Source of the DNA: Planctomycetota bacterium
Lineage (GTDB): Bacteria > Planctomycetota > SZUA-567 > H5-PLA8
Reading direction: 5' to 3'
Assembly: GCA_045863855.1 (NCBI GenBank)
Contig: BTVV01000042.1
Coordinates: forward strand, 1-47,460
DNA length: 47,460 nt
A model generated the notes under the pieces. That model made no database searches. It was not told the DNA's origin and worked only from the letters and a program-made list of their open reading frames with translations. Each line of letters begins with the position of its first letter. The first letter of the stretch is position 1. The translations under genes and the position numbers were made by a program. Positions 39,308 to 47,460 of this stretch are shown one piece after another.

Positions 39308-40171
39308 TTATCCGTACGCCGCCTGCAATCGCCGCGCTTCGCCGGCACACGCGGCCAGCTTTGCGGTATCCACGCCCGTTTCATATCCCGCGGCCTCGAA
39401 CCGTTCGACCAGGCCCTCGGTCGGCACGTTCGAGATCAGCTTGTCGCTGGCGAACGGGCAGCCGCCCATCCCGCCCACCGCGCCGTCGAAGCGCCGGCAG
39501 CCGCCCTCCAGCGCCGCCTCGACATTGAGATGCCAGTCGTCCGGCCGACCGTGAAAATGCGCCGAACAATTCAGCGCCGGCTGCTCCGCGCGCGCGCGTT
39601 CGAAGATCCGCTTCACCTGTTCGGGCCGCGCCACCGCCGCCGTATCGGCCAGCGCTACGTGCCGCACGCCCATCCGGCACAGCGAACGCAGCGTCTCCAG
39701 CAGCGCGTCCTCGCTCCACGGTTCGCCGTACGGATTTCCGAAGGCCATCGAGACATAGACCAGGAAGCTCATATCGTTCGCTTCGGTCCGCGCCAGCAGC
39801 CGGTCGATCACCGGCCACGTCCCGCTGACCGTGCTCTTCGTGTTGCGGCGCAGGAATTCGTCGGAAAAGCTGAACGGAAAGCCCAGCGTATCCAGGTTGC
39901 CCACCGAGACCGCGCGGTCGATGCTCTTCTCGTTCACCACCAGCGCGATGTACTCGGCGTCCTGGCGCGACGGCAGCGCGCGAACCACCTGCTCGCTGTC
40001 GGCCATCTGCGGGACCGCTTGCGGGCTCACGAAACTGCCCACCTCGATATGCTTCAAGCCGGCATCCAGCAGCGCCAGGATATGAGCGACCTTTTCGGAT
40101 GTCGGAATCGGACGCTGCAAGCCCTGAAAGGCGTCGCGGGGCGTCTCGACGATCGTGACCGGGCCGGGCAT
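39308..40171 (-). CDS. Hydroxymethylglutaryl-CoA lyase
   Basis: VETPRDAFQG, GSFVSPQAVPQMAD, SMAFGNPY, LADT, AHFH, GGMGGCPFA, NVPTE. Confidence 0.92.
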   Translation of the reverse strand: MPGPVTIVETPRDAFQGLQRPIPTSEKVAHILALLDAGLKHIEVGSFVSPQAVPQMADSEQVVRALPSRQDAEYIALVVNEKSIDRAVSVGNLDTLGFPFSFSDEFLRRNTKSTVSGTWPVIDRLLARTEANDMSFLVYVSMAFGNPYGEPWSEDALLETLRSLCRMGVRHVALADTAAVARPEQVKRIFERARAEQPALNCSAHFHGRPDDWHLNVEAALEGGCRRFDGAVGGMGGCPFASDKLISNVPTEGLVERFEAAGYETGVDTAKLAACAGEARRLQAAYG

Positions 40172-40315
40172 GAGGCGCGTGCTCCCGTGCTTCCGGTTCA
40201 TACTACACCGCGGGCCGGTCGATTGGCGATGCGGAAACCGGCGCCTGCCGCGGACGTTGCCAGGCGTCCGGGGCCGGATAGGCTTGCCGGATCACTCGTT
40301 CAAGGGGATTCCAGC

Positions 40316-41077
40316 GTGGCCAAGCTCAAGCATTCGTTCGCGTGGTGGGCCTTCGGGAACAAAGTCGAAGACAAGCCCAAACTGCTCAAAGACGCCAAGC
40401 GCCTCGGCTACGACGGCGTCGAGATGATCGGCGAAGAACTCTGGCCCGCCGTCAAGGACGCCGGCCTCGCGCTGGCCACCATGGGCGGCCACAAATCGCT
40501 CACCGACGGCCTGAACAAACGCCACAACCACGACCGCATCGAACGCGAACTGAAGGAAAACATCGCCAAGGCCAAGCAGCACGGCATTCATGCGCTGATC
40601 TGCTTCAGCGGCAACCGCTGGGGCGTGCCCGACGCCGAAGCAATCCAGATCTGCGCCGACGGCCTCAAGCGCGTCGCCAAGGACGCCGAACAAGCCGGCG
40701 TCTCCCTCGTCCTGGAACTGCTCAACAGCAAAGTCGACCACCAGGCCTACCAGTGCGACCGGACGTGGTGGGGTGTCGAAGTCGTCCGCCGCGTCGAATC
40801 GCCGCGCGTGAAGCTGCTCTACGACATCTACCACATGCAGATCATGGAAGGCGACGTGATCCGCAACCTCCGCGACAACATCGACTATATCGGGCACTTC
40901 CACACCGCCGGAAACCCGGGGCGCAAAGACCTGGACGACGAACAGGAGCTCTACTACCCGGCCATCGCGAAAGCGATCGCGGGCACGAATTACGAAGGCT
41001 ACATCGGGCAGGAATTTTCGCCTAAAGGCGAACCGGTGGCCGCCCTCGCCGCGGCGTTGAAGGCGTGCAGTCCGTAA
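40316..41077 (+). CDS. Hydroxypyruvate-isomerase-family TIM-barrel protein
   Basis: ICFSGNR, LELLNSKVDH..YQCD, KLLYDIYHMQIMEGD, HFHTAGNPGR, GYIGQEF; GTG start. Confidence 0.88.
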   Translation: MAKLKHSFAWWAFGNKVEDKPKLLKDAKRLGYDGVEMIGEELWPAVKDAGLALATMGGHKSLTDGLNKRHNHDRIERELKENIAKAKQHGIHALICFSGNRWGVPDAEAIQICADGLKRVAKDAEQAGVSLVLELLNSKVDHQAYQCDRTWWGVEVVRRVESPRVKLLYDIYHMQIMEGDVIRNLRDNIDYIGHFHTAGNPGRKDLDDEQELYYPAIAKAIAGTNYEGYIGQEFSPKGEPVAALAAALKACSP

Positions 41078-41085
41078 TAAACAAG

Positions 41086-41116
41086 CGAGGCGGCTTGGAA
41101 TCGCCAAGCCGCCTCG
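41086..41116. terminator. Hairpin between convergent genes, probable terminator
   Basis: Perfect 13-bp stem CGAGGCGGCTTGG / CCAAGCCGCCTCG with 5-nt loop; TTGTTTATT lies just past the stem on the minus strand. Confidence 0.65.
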
Positions 41117-41151
41117 TACATTTCAACCTTCCGACGTATCGTGCGCTTCCC

Positions 41152-42006
41152 TTAGTACGCCACCGCCTCCGCTTCCACCTCCGCCAGGCGGTTGGGCGAA
41201 CGCTTCAACGGCTCGTGCGGCCACACGATCTTGCGCTGCTCCGGCGTCAGCCGAGCCAGCAGTTCCGGCGAAGGACGATACCCGTCGCGGAAGAAGCCCC
41301 AGCTCGGGCCGTAGCGGTATACGATTATCCGCCGCTCGCCCGCGTTCTTGCGCAGCGCCGAACCGTGCGCGATCGCGTCCACGAACAGGATCGCGTCCCC
41401 GGCTTCCATGAAAATCTCGACCGCGCCCTCGACCCCGTCCACCGAATTCCCTTCGGGGCGCATCCCGTTCTTGTTCAGGTCCGGATGCCGGAAATTCGAC
41501 TTGTGGCTGCCCGGCACCACCATCGTCCCGCCGTCACCGGGGCCGATGTCCGTCAACGCCAGAAGCATGTTCACTTGGCCGCAGTTGAAGCTACCGTTCG
41601 AGAAGTGGTACTGGCAGCGCTTCGTCCAAGGGAAAGCGCCCGAATGCAGCCCGATCGAATCGCCGGGGCCGCGCAAGCTCGCGAAATTCTCGTCGATGAA
41701 GAGCGGACCGTGCTTGCGGTCGAAGGTGCCCTCGCCACCGATAAAGGTACTCACATGGCTGATCCAGCTCGGATGGTCGATCAGGCGCTCGAACGGTTCG
41801 CCCGCTTCGTAAATCTGCTGCAGGTTCAGCCCGTTGTTCTTATTGTATGCGTGCCCGTGCACGTAGCCGTACCACTCGCCCGGGTCCAGCTTCGGAATCG
41901 CGTCGATCCCGTCGTTCAGCTCTTTCACGTGCGCCTTCGAAATGGCGCCTTTGAGCAGGACGTATCCGCGCAGGTCGAAGAAGTATTTATCGCGATCGGT
42001 AATCAC
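41152..42006 (-). CDS. PhyH-family Fe(II)/2-oxoglutarate oxygenase with HxG motif
   Basis: KYFFDLRGY, LIDHP, LHSG, ALTDIGPGDGGTMVVPGSHKSNF, AGDAILF..AIAHGS, ERR..YRY; GTG start behind GGAGG. Confidence 0.85.
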   Translation of the reverse strand: MITDRDKYFFDLRGYVLLKGAISKAHVKELNDGIDAIPKLDPGEWYGYVHGHAYNKNNGLNLQQIYEAGEPFERLIDHPSWISHVSTFIGGEGTFDRKHGPLFIDENFASLRGPGDSIGLHSGAFPWTKRCQYHFSNGSFNCGQVNMLLALTDIGPGDGGTMVVPGSHKSNFRHPDLNKNGMRPEGNSVDGVEGAVEIFMEAGDAILFVDAIAHGSALRKNAGERRIIVYRYGPSWGFFRDGYRPSPELLARLTPEQRKIVWPHEPLKRSPNRLAEVEAEAVAY

Positions 42007-42144
42007 GGCGCACCCTCCAGGCCAGCCAGCCGCCGGACCCCCGGCGTGCTTATGCATCCAATCTAGCCTTCTTGTGCTTGCTATACTTCCGCCCGAACGG
42101 GTATTTTCTCCTGAATAGTAAGGTGTCGCCCCCGGAGCCTTCCC

Positions 42145-42984
42145 ATGGCCTTGACGGCCACCAGCCACATCGCTTCCCTGGGCTTCCGCCTCTGGCGCAT
42201 GCAGCGCCAGCAAAAGCGCGTCACCATGCCCGCGCCGCACACGCATGCCGACATCGAGATCAACTACATCTCGCACGGCTGGATCCGCTACTTTCACGGG
42301 CAGCGCTTTTACGAAGTGAAAGCCGGCGCCTTCGCCGTCTTCTGGGCCGGCATCCCGCACCAGCTCCAGGACCATGGCCTCGATCTCCAAGGCATCTGGA
42401 TCACCTTCCCCGTCACGTGGCTGCTGGGCTGGCAGATTCCCGGGCGCCTGCCCGATGCGCTGATGGCCGGCGAACTCCTGGCCGACGCGCGCGGAGCCGA
42501 CGAAGCGCAGTTAGAGGATTGGCTGAAGCTGTACGAATCCGGCGATGCGGATCAGCGCCAGGTGGTGCGGTTGGAACTCGAAGCGCGCATCCGCCGCCAA
42601 GCGCTCAACCTGCCCGCCGCGCCGAAGAAAAATCAGGCGCCCAGCGGCGGCGGAGCGGAACAGTTCGTGCGCATGACCGAGTTTCTCGGGCAGCGTTATC
42701 AGGAACCCATTGGCGTGCAGGATGTCGCGGAAGCCCTGAACCTGCATCCGAAGTACTGCCATACGCTGTTCAAAAAATGCTGCGGCATGACGCTCTGGAA
42801 TTATTTGACCGGCCTGCGCATCGCCCACGCCGAACGCCTGCTCCTGACCACCGACCAGAACGTGCTCCAGATCGCCCTCGACGCCGGCTTCGCGACCTCG
42901 AGCGCCTTCTACGTCGCCTTCAAGAAGCAGACGGGCCTGACGCCGGCGGGATTCCGGAAGCAGCATCTGAAGGCCGCTTCGTGA
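42145..42984 (+). CDS. AraC-family transcriptional regulator (MelR-like)
   Basis: PHTHADIEINY, FWAGIPHQL, VAEALNLHPKY...FKK, IALDAGF.TSSAFY..FKK..G.TP..FR. Confidence 0.92.
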   Translation: MALTATSHIASLGFRLWRMQRQQKRVTMPAPHTHADIEINYISHGWIRYFHGQRFYEVKAGAFAVFWAGIPHQLQDHGLDLQGIWITFPVTWLLGWQIPGRLPDALMAGELLADARGADEAQLEDWLKLYESGDADQRQVVRLELEARIRRQALNLPAAPKKNQAPSGGGAEQFVRMTEFLGQRYQEPIGVQDVAEALNLHPKYCHTLFKKCCGMTLWNYLTGLRIAHAERLLLTTDQNVLQIALDAGFATSSAFYVAFKKQTGLTPAGFRKQHLKAAS

Positions 42985-43020
42985 CTGCTGAAAGCCGATA
43001 CCCATTCGCGCAGCTCTACC

Positions 43021-44691
43021 CTACACCTGCAACACCCCCGTCTTGAACTCCTCCACCTTCGGATTCTGCGCCGCCATCTCCAGCCCCAGCGCCAAACACG
43101 CCCGCGTCTGCGCCGGATCGATGATCCCGTCCACCCACAGCCGCGCCGCCGCGTAACGCGGATCGGTCTGTTCGCCGTACGCCGAGACGATCTCTTTGTA
43201 CAGATGGTCGAGCTGCGATTGCGAGAGCGTCTGACCCTGCTTCTTAAGCTGCGCCACCTTTAGATCCAGCAGCGTGCGAGCGGCCTGCTCGCCGCCCATC
43301 ACCGCGTAGCGGCACGTCGGCCAGGCCAGGATCAACCGCGGATCGTACGCTTTGCCGCACAGCGCGTAATTCCCCGCGCCGTAGCTTCCGCCCAGCACGA
43401 TCGTGAACTTCGGCACCACCGAATTGGCCACTGCGTTGACCAGCTTCGCGCCGCTGCGGATGATCCCGTCGATCTCCGCCTGCCGCCCAACCATGAACCC
43501 GTTCACGTCCTGCAGGAAGACCAGCGGCACGCGGTTCTGGTTGCAATCCATCACGAAGCGCGCGGCCTTGTCCGCGGCGTCGGGGTAGATTACGCCGCCC
43601 AGTTCGAAGGGCCGCCCCGGCTCGCGGATATGCTTCTTCTGGTTCGCGACGATCCCGACGCTCCATCCGTCGATCCGCGCCGTCCCGCAGACCAGCGTCT
43701 GGCCGAACTCGGCCTTGTACTCGTCGAAGCTGTCCCCGTCGACGAGGCACTCCAGGATCGCGCGCACGTCGTACTCGGCGTTCGGCTCCAGCGGCATGCG
43801 CCGCACCAGTTCGCCACCCGACTCCTTCGTCGGCCGCGCCCCTTCGCGCCGGAAGGCCGGCGCCGGCGGCACAGGCCAATGCGCCGCCAGCGCGCGCAGC
43901 CGCTTGATCGCCGCCTCGTCCTCGGGCTCGCGGAAATCGATCGTCCCGCTCAGCGCCGCGTGCAGCTTCGCCCCGCCGATCTCTTCGCTCGAAAGATCCT
44001 GCCCGATCGCCGCTTTCACCAGGGAAGGGCCAGCGATGTACAACCCGCTCCCCTCGGTCATCACGATCTTGTCGCACATCACCGGCAGGTACGCGCCGCC
44101 GGCCACGCACGAGCCCATGATCGCCGCGAGCTGCGGGACGCCCATCGCGCTAAGCCGCGCGTTGTGCCGGAAGATGCGCCCGAAATCGTCCTCGTCCGGA
44201 AAGATCTCGTCCTGCAGCGGCAGGAATACCCCCGCCGAATCGACGAGGTAGATCAGCGGCAGACGGTTCTCCATTGCGATGCGCTGCGCGCGGAGCACTT
44301 TCTTCGCCGTCAGCGGAAAGAACGCGCCGGCCTTCACCGTCGCGTCGTTCGCGATGACCACGCATAACCGGCCGCCCACGCGAGCGATGCCCGTCACCGT
44401 ACCCGCCGACGGAGCGCCGCCCCACTCCTCGTACATCTTCCACGCCGCGAACAGACCCAGCTCGAAGAATCCCGTCTCCGGATCGCACAGCTTCACGATC
44501 CGCTCGCGCGCCGTCAGCCGCCCCTTCTTGTGCTGGCGCTCGATCGCGTCCGGCCCCCCGCCTTGCCGCACTACCCATTCGTCGCTGCGAATGGTGGCGA
44601 GCAGTTCCTTCCAGCCTTTTTCGTCGGGCGATACGGGAGGTTCCGCCGGCGGCAGCGGATGTCGAATGCTGGTCCGTCGCGTCTCGGCCAT
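43021..44691 (-). CDS. Acyl-CoA carboxylase carboxyltransferase subunit (3-methylcrotonyl-CoA carboxylase beta-like)
   Basis: QHKKGRLTARERI, ANDATVKAGA, YLVDSAGVFLP.QDEIFPD, GSCVAGGAY, FLQDVNGFMVG, SYGAGNYALCG, YAAARLWVDGIIDP; start at ATG 44691. Confidence 0.93.
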   Translation of the reverse strand: MAETRRTSIRHPLPPAEPPVSPDEKGWKELLATIRSDEWVVRQGGGPDAIERQHKKGRLTARERIVKLCDPETGFFELGLFAAWKMYEEWGGAPSAGTVTGIARVGGRLCVVIANDATVKAGAFFPLTAKKVLRAQRIAMENRLPLIYLVDSAGVFLPLQDEIFPDEDDFGRIFRHNARLSAMGVPQLAAIMGSCVAGGAYLPVMCDKIVMTEGSGLYIAGPSLVKAAIGQDLSSEEIGGAKLHAALSGTIDFREPEDEAAIKRLRALAAHWPVPPAPAFRREGARPTKESGGELVRRMPLEPNAEYDVRAILECLVDGDSFDEYKAEFGQTLVCGTARIDGWSVGIVANQKKHIREPGRPFELGGVIYPDAADKAARFVMDCNQNRVPLVFLQDVNGFMVGRQAEIDGIIRSGAKLVNAVANSVVPKFTIVLGGSYGAGNYALCGKAYDPRLILAWPTCRYAVMGGEQAARTLLDLKVAQLKKQGQTLSQSQLDHLYKEIVSAYGEQTDPRYAAARLWVDGIIDPAQTRACLALGLEMAAQNPKVEEFKTGVLQV

Positions 44692-44915
44692 GCGCGTTCC
44701 TCGAAGTTGTTCGAGAAAGGATACCGCGCCGCTTACCGCTTGCCTAACGCACGTCCCCCGGCGTCCACCCACGTGCCTGGCCAACCGTGCTAACCAGCTT
44801 GCTCCCTTGAGCTTACGACCGGCCGACGGGCGAATTGGCCAAATCGGCCCTTATTGTGTATATTTAAGTACGAATATAGATTGATGCGCACCCGACGTTC
44901 AAGGAGCACATCGCC

Positions 44916-47460
44916 ATGAATACCACGCTCAAGTGCCGATCCGCAGGCCGCTCCCTACTGAGGGTGCTTACCCTTTGCCTGCTTTTCGTCGTGCATCAGC
45001 CCTTAGCGGCAGAAGACGCCCCGGTCCATGCGGTCGATCTCCTGCCGCCCGACTGCACCTTGGTGGTGCAAGCTCAAATACCCCTGCTCATGTTTCAAAG
45101 CGCCCTCACACCCACCGGACAGTTCATGCTCGAGCCCCAATCGCTCGCGTTCTTGGAAGCTCCGCTTCAAAACGTCCGCCAGGCCTATGGGCGCTGGCAG
45201 CAACGCTGGAAGACCCTGCCGCGCTTGGATCTCTGGGCGCGTTTGCCGTTGGGAGAAGCGGCGGTGGGGCTTGCGCTAAAGCCCTCCACCGAACCCGCCG
45301 TCCCGCCTCGAGCGGTACCCTTCGTCGTGATCCAACTCACCGATGCCAAGGCCGCGGCGGCCGCGCTCGCCGAATCCCTCCAACTGCTGCCGCATCATAA
45401 ACGTCCTTCGGGGTTGGATGCCCGTGGCGAAGAGGGGCTCTACTTCACGCTGCAGGGCAATTGGCTGCTTGCGGCGGCTGAATTAAAGGACCTGGACCTT
45501 CTGGCCGCCCAAGTCGAGGGCAAGAGCCCCGGCTTTGGAAGAAATCCGCGCTGGGTGCAGGCGCAGCAGGCGCTGGGAAAAGATGCCCTGTTGTACGCCT
45601 GGTGGGATCTGGCGGCGGTCCAGGATCACCTTATGCCGGCGCCCGAGAACCCCGAGGTCGCCGAGGTATTGCCCGGAAGTTCCGGCCGGCTGCTCCAAGC
45701 CTTGGGGCTCGACGGGCTGCGCAGTCTCTCCTTCAGCTTGGGCGTCAAAGGTTCGCGCTTCGATTTCCGAATCGCCTCCGAAGCGCCGGCCGCCGACGAG
45801 GCTCCGCGCCGGGGCTTATTGAAATTGCTCGAAGGAGAAGGACCGCTGCCGGCCGACCTGCTCCGTCACGTCCCGGCTCAGGCCGCCTGGTTCTACGCCA
45901 CTCGCTTGGATCTCCGACGCGTGCTTCCGCTCGCCCTGCAAAGCCTCGATGCCGCCACCGGAGACAATTTGGCCGCGGGACGTCTGGCGATGTACCTCAT
46001 CGGACTGCGTGCGATGTCGGACGTCGAACTGGAACGCGACCTGATCGCTAATCTCGGCGACACGTGGGTGATTACGGACACCGGAGGCGGCGGCGCGCTG
46101 ATGGACCTGATGCCGGGTCTGGCCGCCGTGGGCCAAGCCGTCGATCCCATCGCCTTCGCGGCCGGCGCGGCCAAGCTGCTGGATTTTGCCGCGAAGAACG
46201 CGCCCCCCACCCTCGACGTCAAATACCGCACGCGACCCGTCGAAGGCGTGACGGCGCACTACCTCAGCATCGCGTTCACCGATCTCTCCCCCGCTCTGGC
46301 GATCAAGGACCGCACCGTCGTCTTCAGTCCCACCCTCGGCGGGTTGCGCCGCATGCTCAAGCATCTCTCCGAGCCCCCTGCGGCGGACATCCGTTCGAAT
46401 CCCGATTTCCAGGCGGCCTACCGGACCGCCTTTGCGGCGGACATCCCGACCGGCGAACAAGCCATCTTGCCCGCGACGCTGCGCTACCTCGACCCGCGAC
46501 GCGTCCGGCCCACCCAGGTGCTTGCCACCACGCTGGCCGGCGGGCTGGCCTTTGGACCGAATCTTCCGGAACTGCTCCAAACCCAAGCCGGACTGCGGCG
46601 CACCCGCAATCAGGCCGCCATGCGGCTGCTGAATCTGGCGCTCCTGCACCACCGCGAAGGCGACTGGCCCGCCACGCCGCGGGAATTACTGGCCGGCATT
46701 AGCGCCGAAGCGGCCCGCATCACCGATCTCAGCGGCGTGCGCTACCTGAGCGGGCTCCTGCGCGCCGATCCGCCCGCCACGATTCTCGCGTACGTGCTCG
46801 AAGAAGGAAGGGTCACCGGCGCACATGCCGTGCTGCGCCTCGATGGCAATTTCGAGTCCATCCCCGCCGAACGGGCCCGGCGTGAACTGGCCGAGCAAGC
46901 CGCCGCCTTCAAGGCCGCAGGCCGAAACGTGGCCGAGATCTCCGGAACAACCGCCGCCGCCGATGCCCCGGGACGCTGGTGGCTGGACGCCTGGAGGCTG
47001 CACGGTGAAGAACGCAGCCTCCTGGTCCTCGACCTTCTGAAACTGGCCCGCAGCTTCGACTTTGCGCTGCTGCCGGATGTGCGCGCGCTCGAACAGCGCC
47101 TCGAACCCGGCATCTCCTGGACGCAAGCCGACGCCTGGGGCATCACCTCGCACACACTCAGCAGCTATCCGCTGCCCGCACTCGACGTAGCCGGCGGCAT
47201 CATGCCCATGGGCGTTGCCGCGCTCGCGCTGCCCGAAATCCTGCGCGGGCGGGAAGAAAGCTACGCCGCGCTCGCGCGCGAAGACCTGCGCGACCTCGCC
47301 GCCGCCCAGTGGATCTACCGACTCGGCGATTGGGATCGCGACAAGGTCCACACCTACGCCGGATCGCTGCAGGAACTCGCCGCGCGCGGGCAGATCGGCC
47401 CCCCCCCCCCCCCCCCCCAGCCCCCCCCAAGCCCCCCCCCCCACCCCCCGCCCCGGGACA
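44916..47460 (+). CDS. Large exported protein, 3'-truncated, DUF3352-like with pilin-like segments (absent from the ORF track)
   Basis: AAGGAG RBS then ATG 44916; my manual translation MNTTLKCRSAGRSLLRVLTLCLLFVVHQPLAAEDAP... stays open to the window end; contains LLQALGLDGLRSLSF, DLLRHVPAQAAWF, DLIANLGDTW, IRSNPDFQAAY. Confidence 0.7.
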   Translation, partial: MNTTLKCRSAGRSLLRVLTLCLLFVVHQPLAAEDAPVHAVDLLPPDCTLVVQAQIPLLMFQSALTPTGQFMLEPQSLAFLEAPLQNVRQAYGRWQQRWKTLPRLDLWARLPLGEAAVGLALKPSTEPAVPPRAVPFVVIQLTDAKAAAAALAESLQLLPHHKRPSGLDARGEEGLYFTLQGNWLLAAAELKDLDLLAAQVEGKSPGFGRNPRWVQAQQALGKDALLYAWWDLAAVQDHLMPAPENPEVAEVLPGSSGRLLQALGLDGLRSLSFSLGVKGSRFDFRIASEAPAADEAPRRGLLKLLEGEGPLPADLLRHVPAQAAWFYATRLDLRRVLPLALQSLDAATGDNLAAGRLAMYLIGLRAMSDVELERDLIANLGDTWVITDTGGGGALMDLMPGLAAVGQAVDPIAFAAGAAKLLDFAAKNAPPTLDVKYRTRPVEGVTAHYLSIAFTDLSPALAIKDRTVVFSPTLGGLRRMLKHLSEPPAADIRSNPDFQAAYRTAFAADIPTGEQAILPATLRYLDPRRVRPTQVLATTLAGGLAFGPNLPELLQTQAGLRRTRNQAAMRLLNLALLHHREGDWPATPRELLAGISAEAARITDLSGVRYLSGLLRADPPATILAYVLEEGRVTGAHAVLRLDGNFESIPAERARRELAEQAAAFKAAGRNVAEISGTTAAADAPGRWWLDAWRLHGEERSLLVLDLLKLARSFDFALLPDVRALEQRLEPGISWTQADAWGITSHTLSSYPLPALDVAGGIMPMGVAALALPEILRGREESYAALAREDLRDLAAAQWIYRLGDWDRDKVHTYAGSLQELAARGQIGPPPPPPQPPPSPPPHPPPRD
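47399..47460. other. Poly-C low-complexity end, probable sequencing or assembly artefact
   Basis: Near-pure C run begins abruptly inside an otherwise normal coding frame at the window end. Confidence 0.7.

Noticed and set aside
38879..40315. 732-aa ORF upstream extension of the isomerase gene
   Set aside because: Antisense to the hydratase and HMG-CoA lyase genes; the recognisable protein starts at GTG 40316
47399..47460. Poly-C tract as a polyproline region or phase-variation tract
   Set aside because: Sits at the very end of the window and looks like low-quality sequence; cannot be supported without reads

Overview
High-GC, gene-dense bacterial chromosomal window with about 43 protein-coding genes. 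I found no rRNA, tRNA, CRISPR array or mobile element. The gene repertoire (DUF4159, DUF1573, sulfatase, ECF sigma factor of the kinase-associated type, three Hanks-type Ser/Thr kinases, NfeD trio, permease-DtxR fusion, Asn-type EF-P) suggests a Planctomycetota/PVC-like organism; this is inference. Recognisable housekeeping and metabolic genes include ispG, a polyprenyl synthase, efp, gmhB, a cyclophilin and three leucine-catabolism enzymes. Most notable: (1) a divergent H-NOX heme sensor overlapping the start of a soluble Ser/Thr kinase gene, a candidate gas/redox-to-Hanks-kinase signalling module; (2) a DtxR-led metal-uptake operon containing an OprB-like porin, an unknown accessory protein and a permease fused to a second DtxR-like domain, with candidate operator boxes; (3) a PhyH-family Fe/2OG enzyme with the halogenase-type HxG motif; (4) an EF-P with a TRGNLR loop. 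A long + strand ORF from 44916 is missing from the ORF track because it runs into a poly-C, probably artefactual, window end. All family calls are from motif recognition by eye; no database searches were run.
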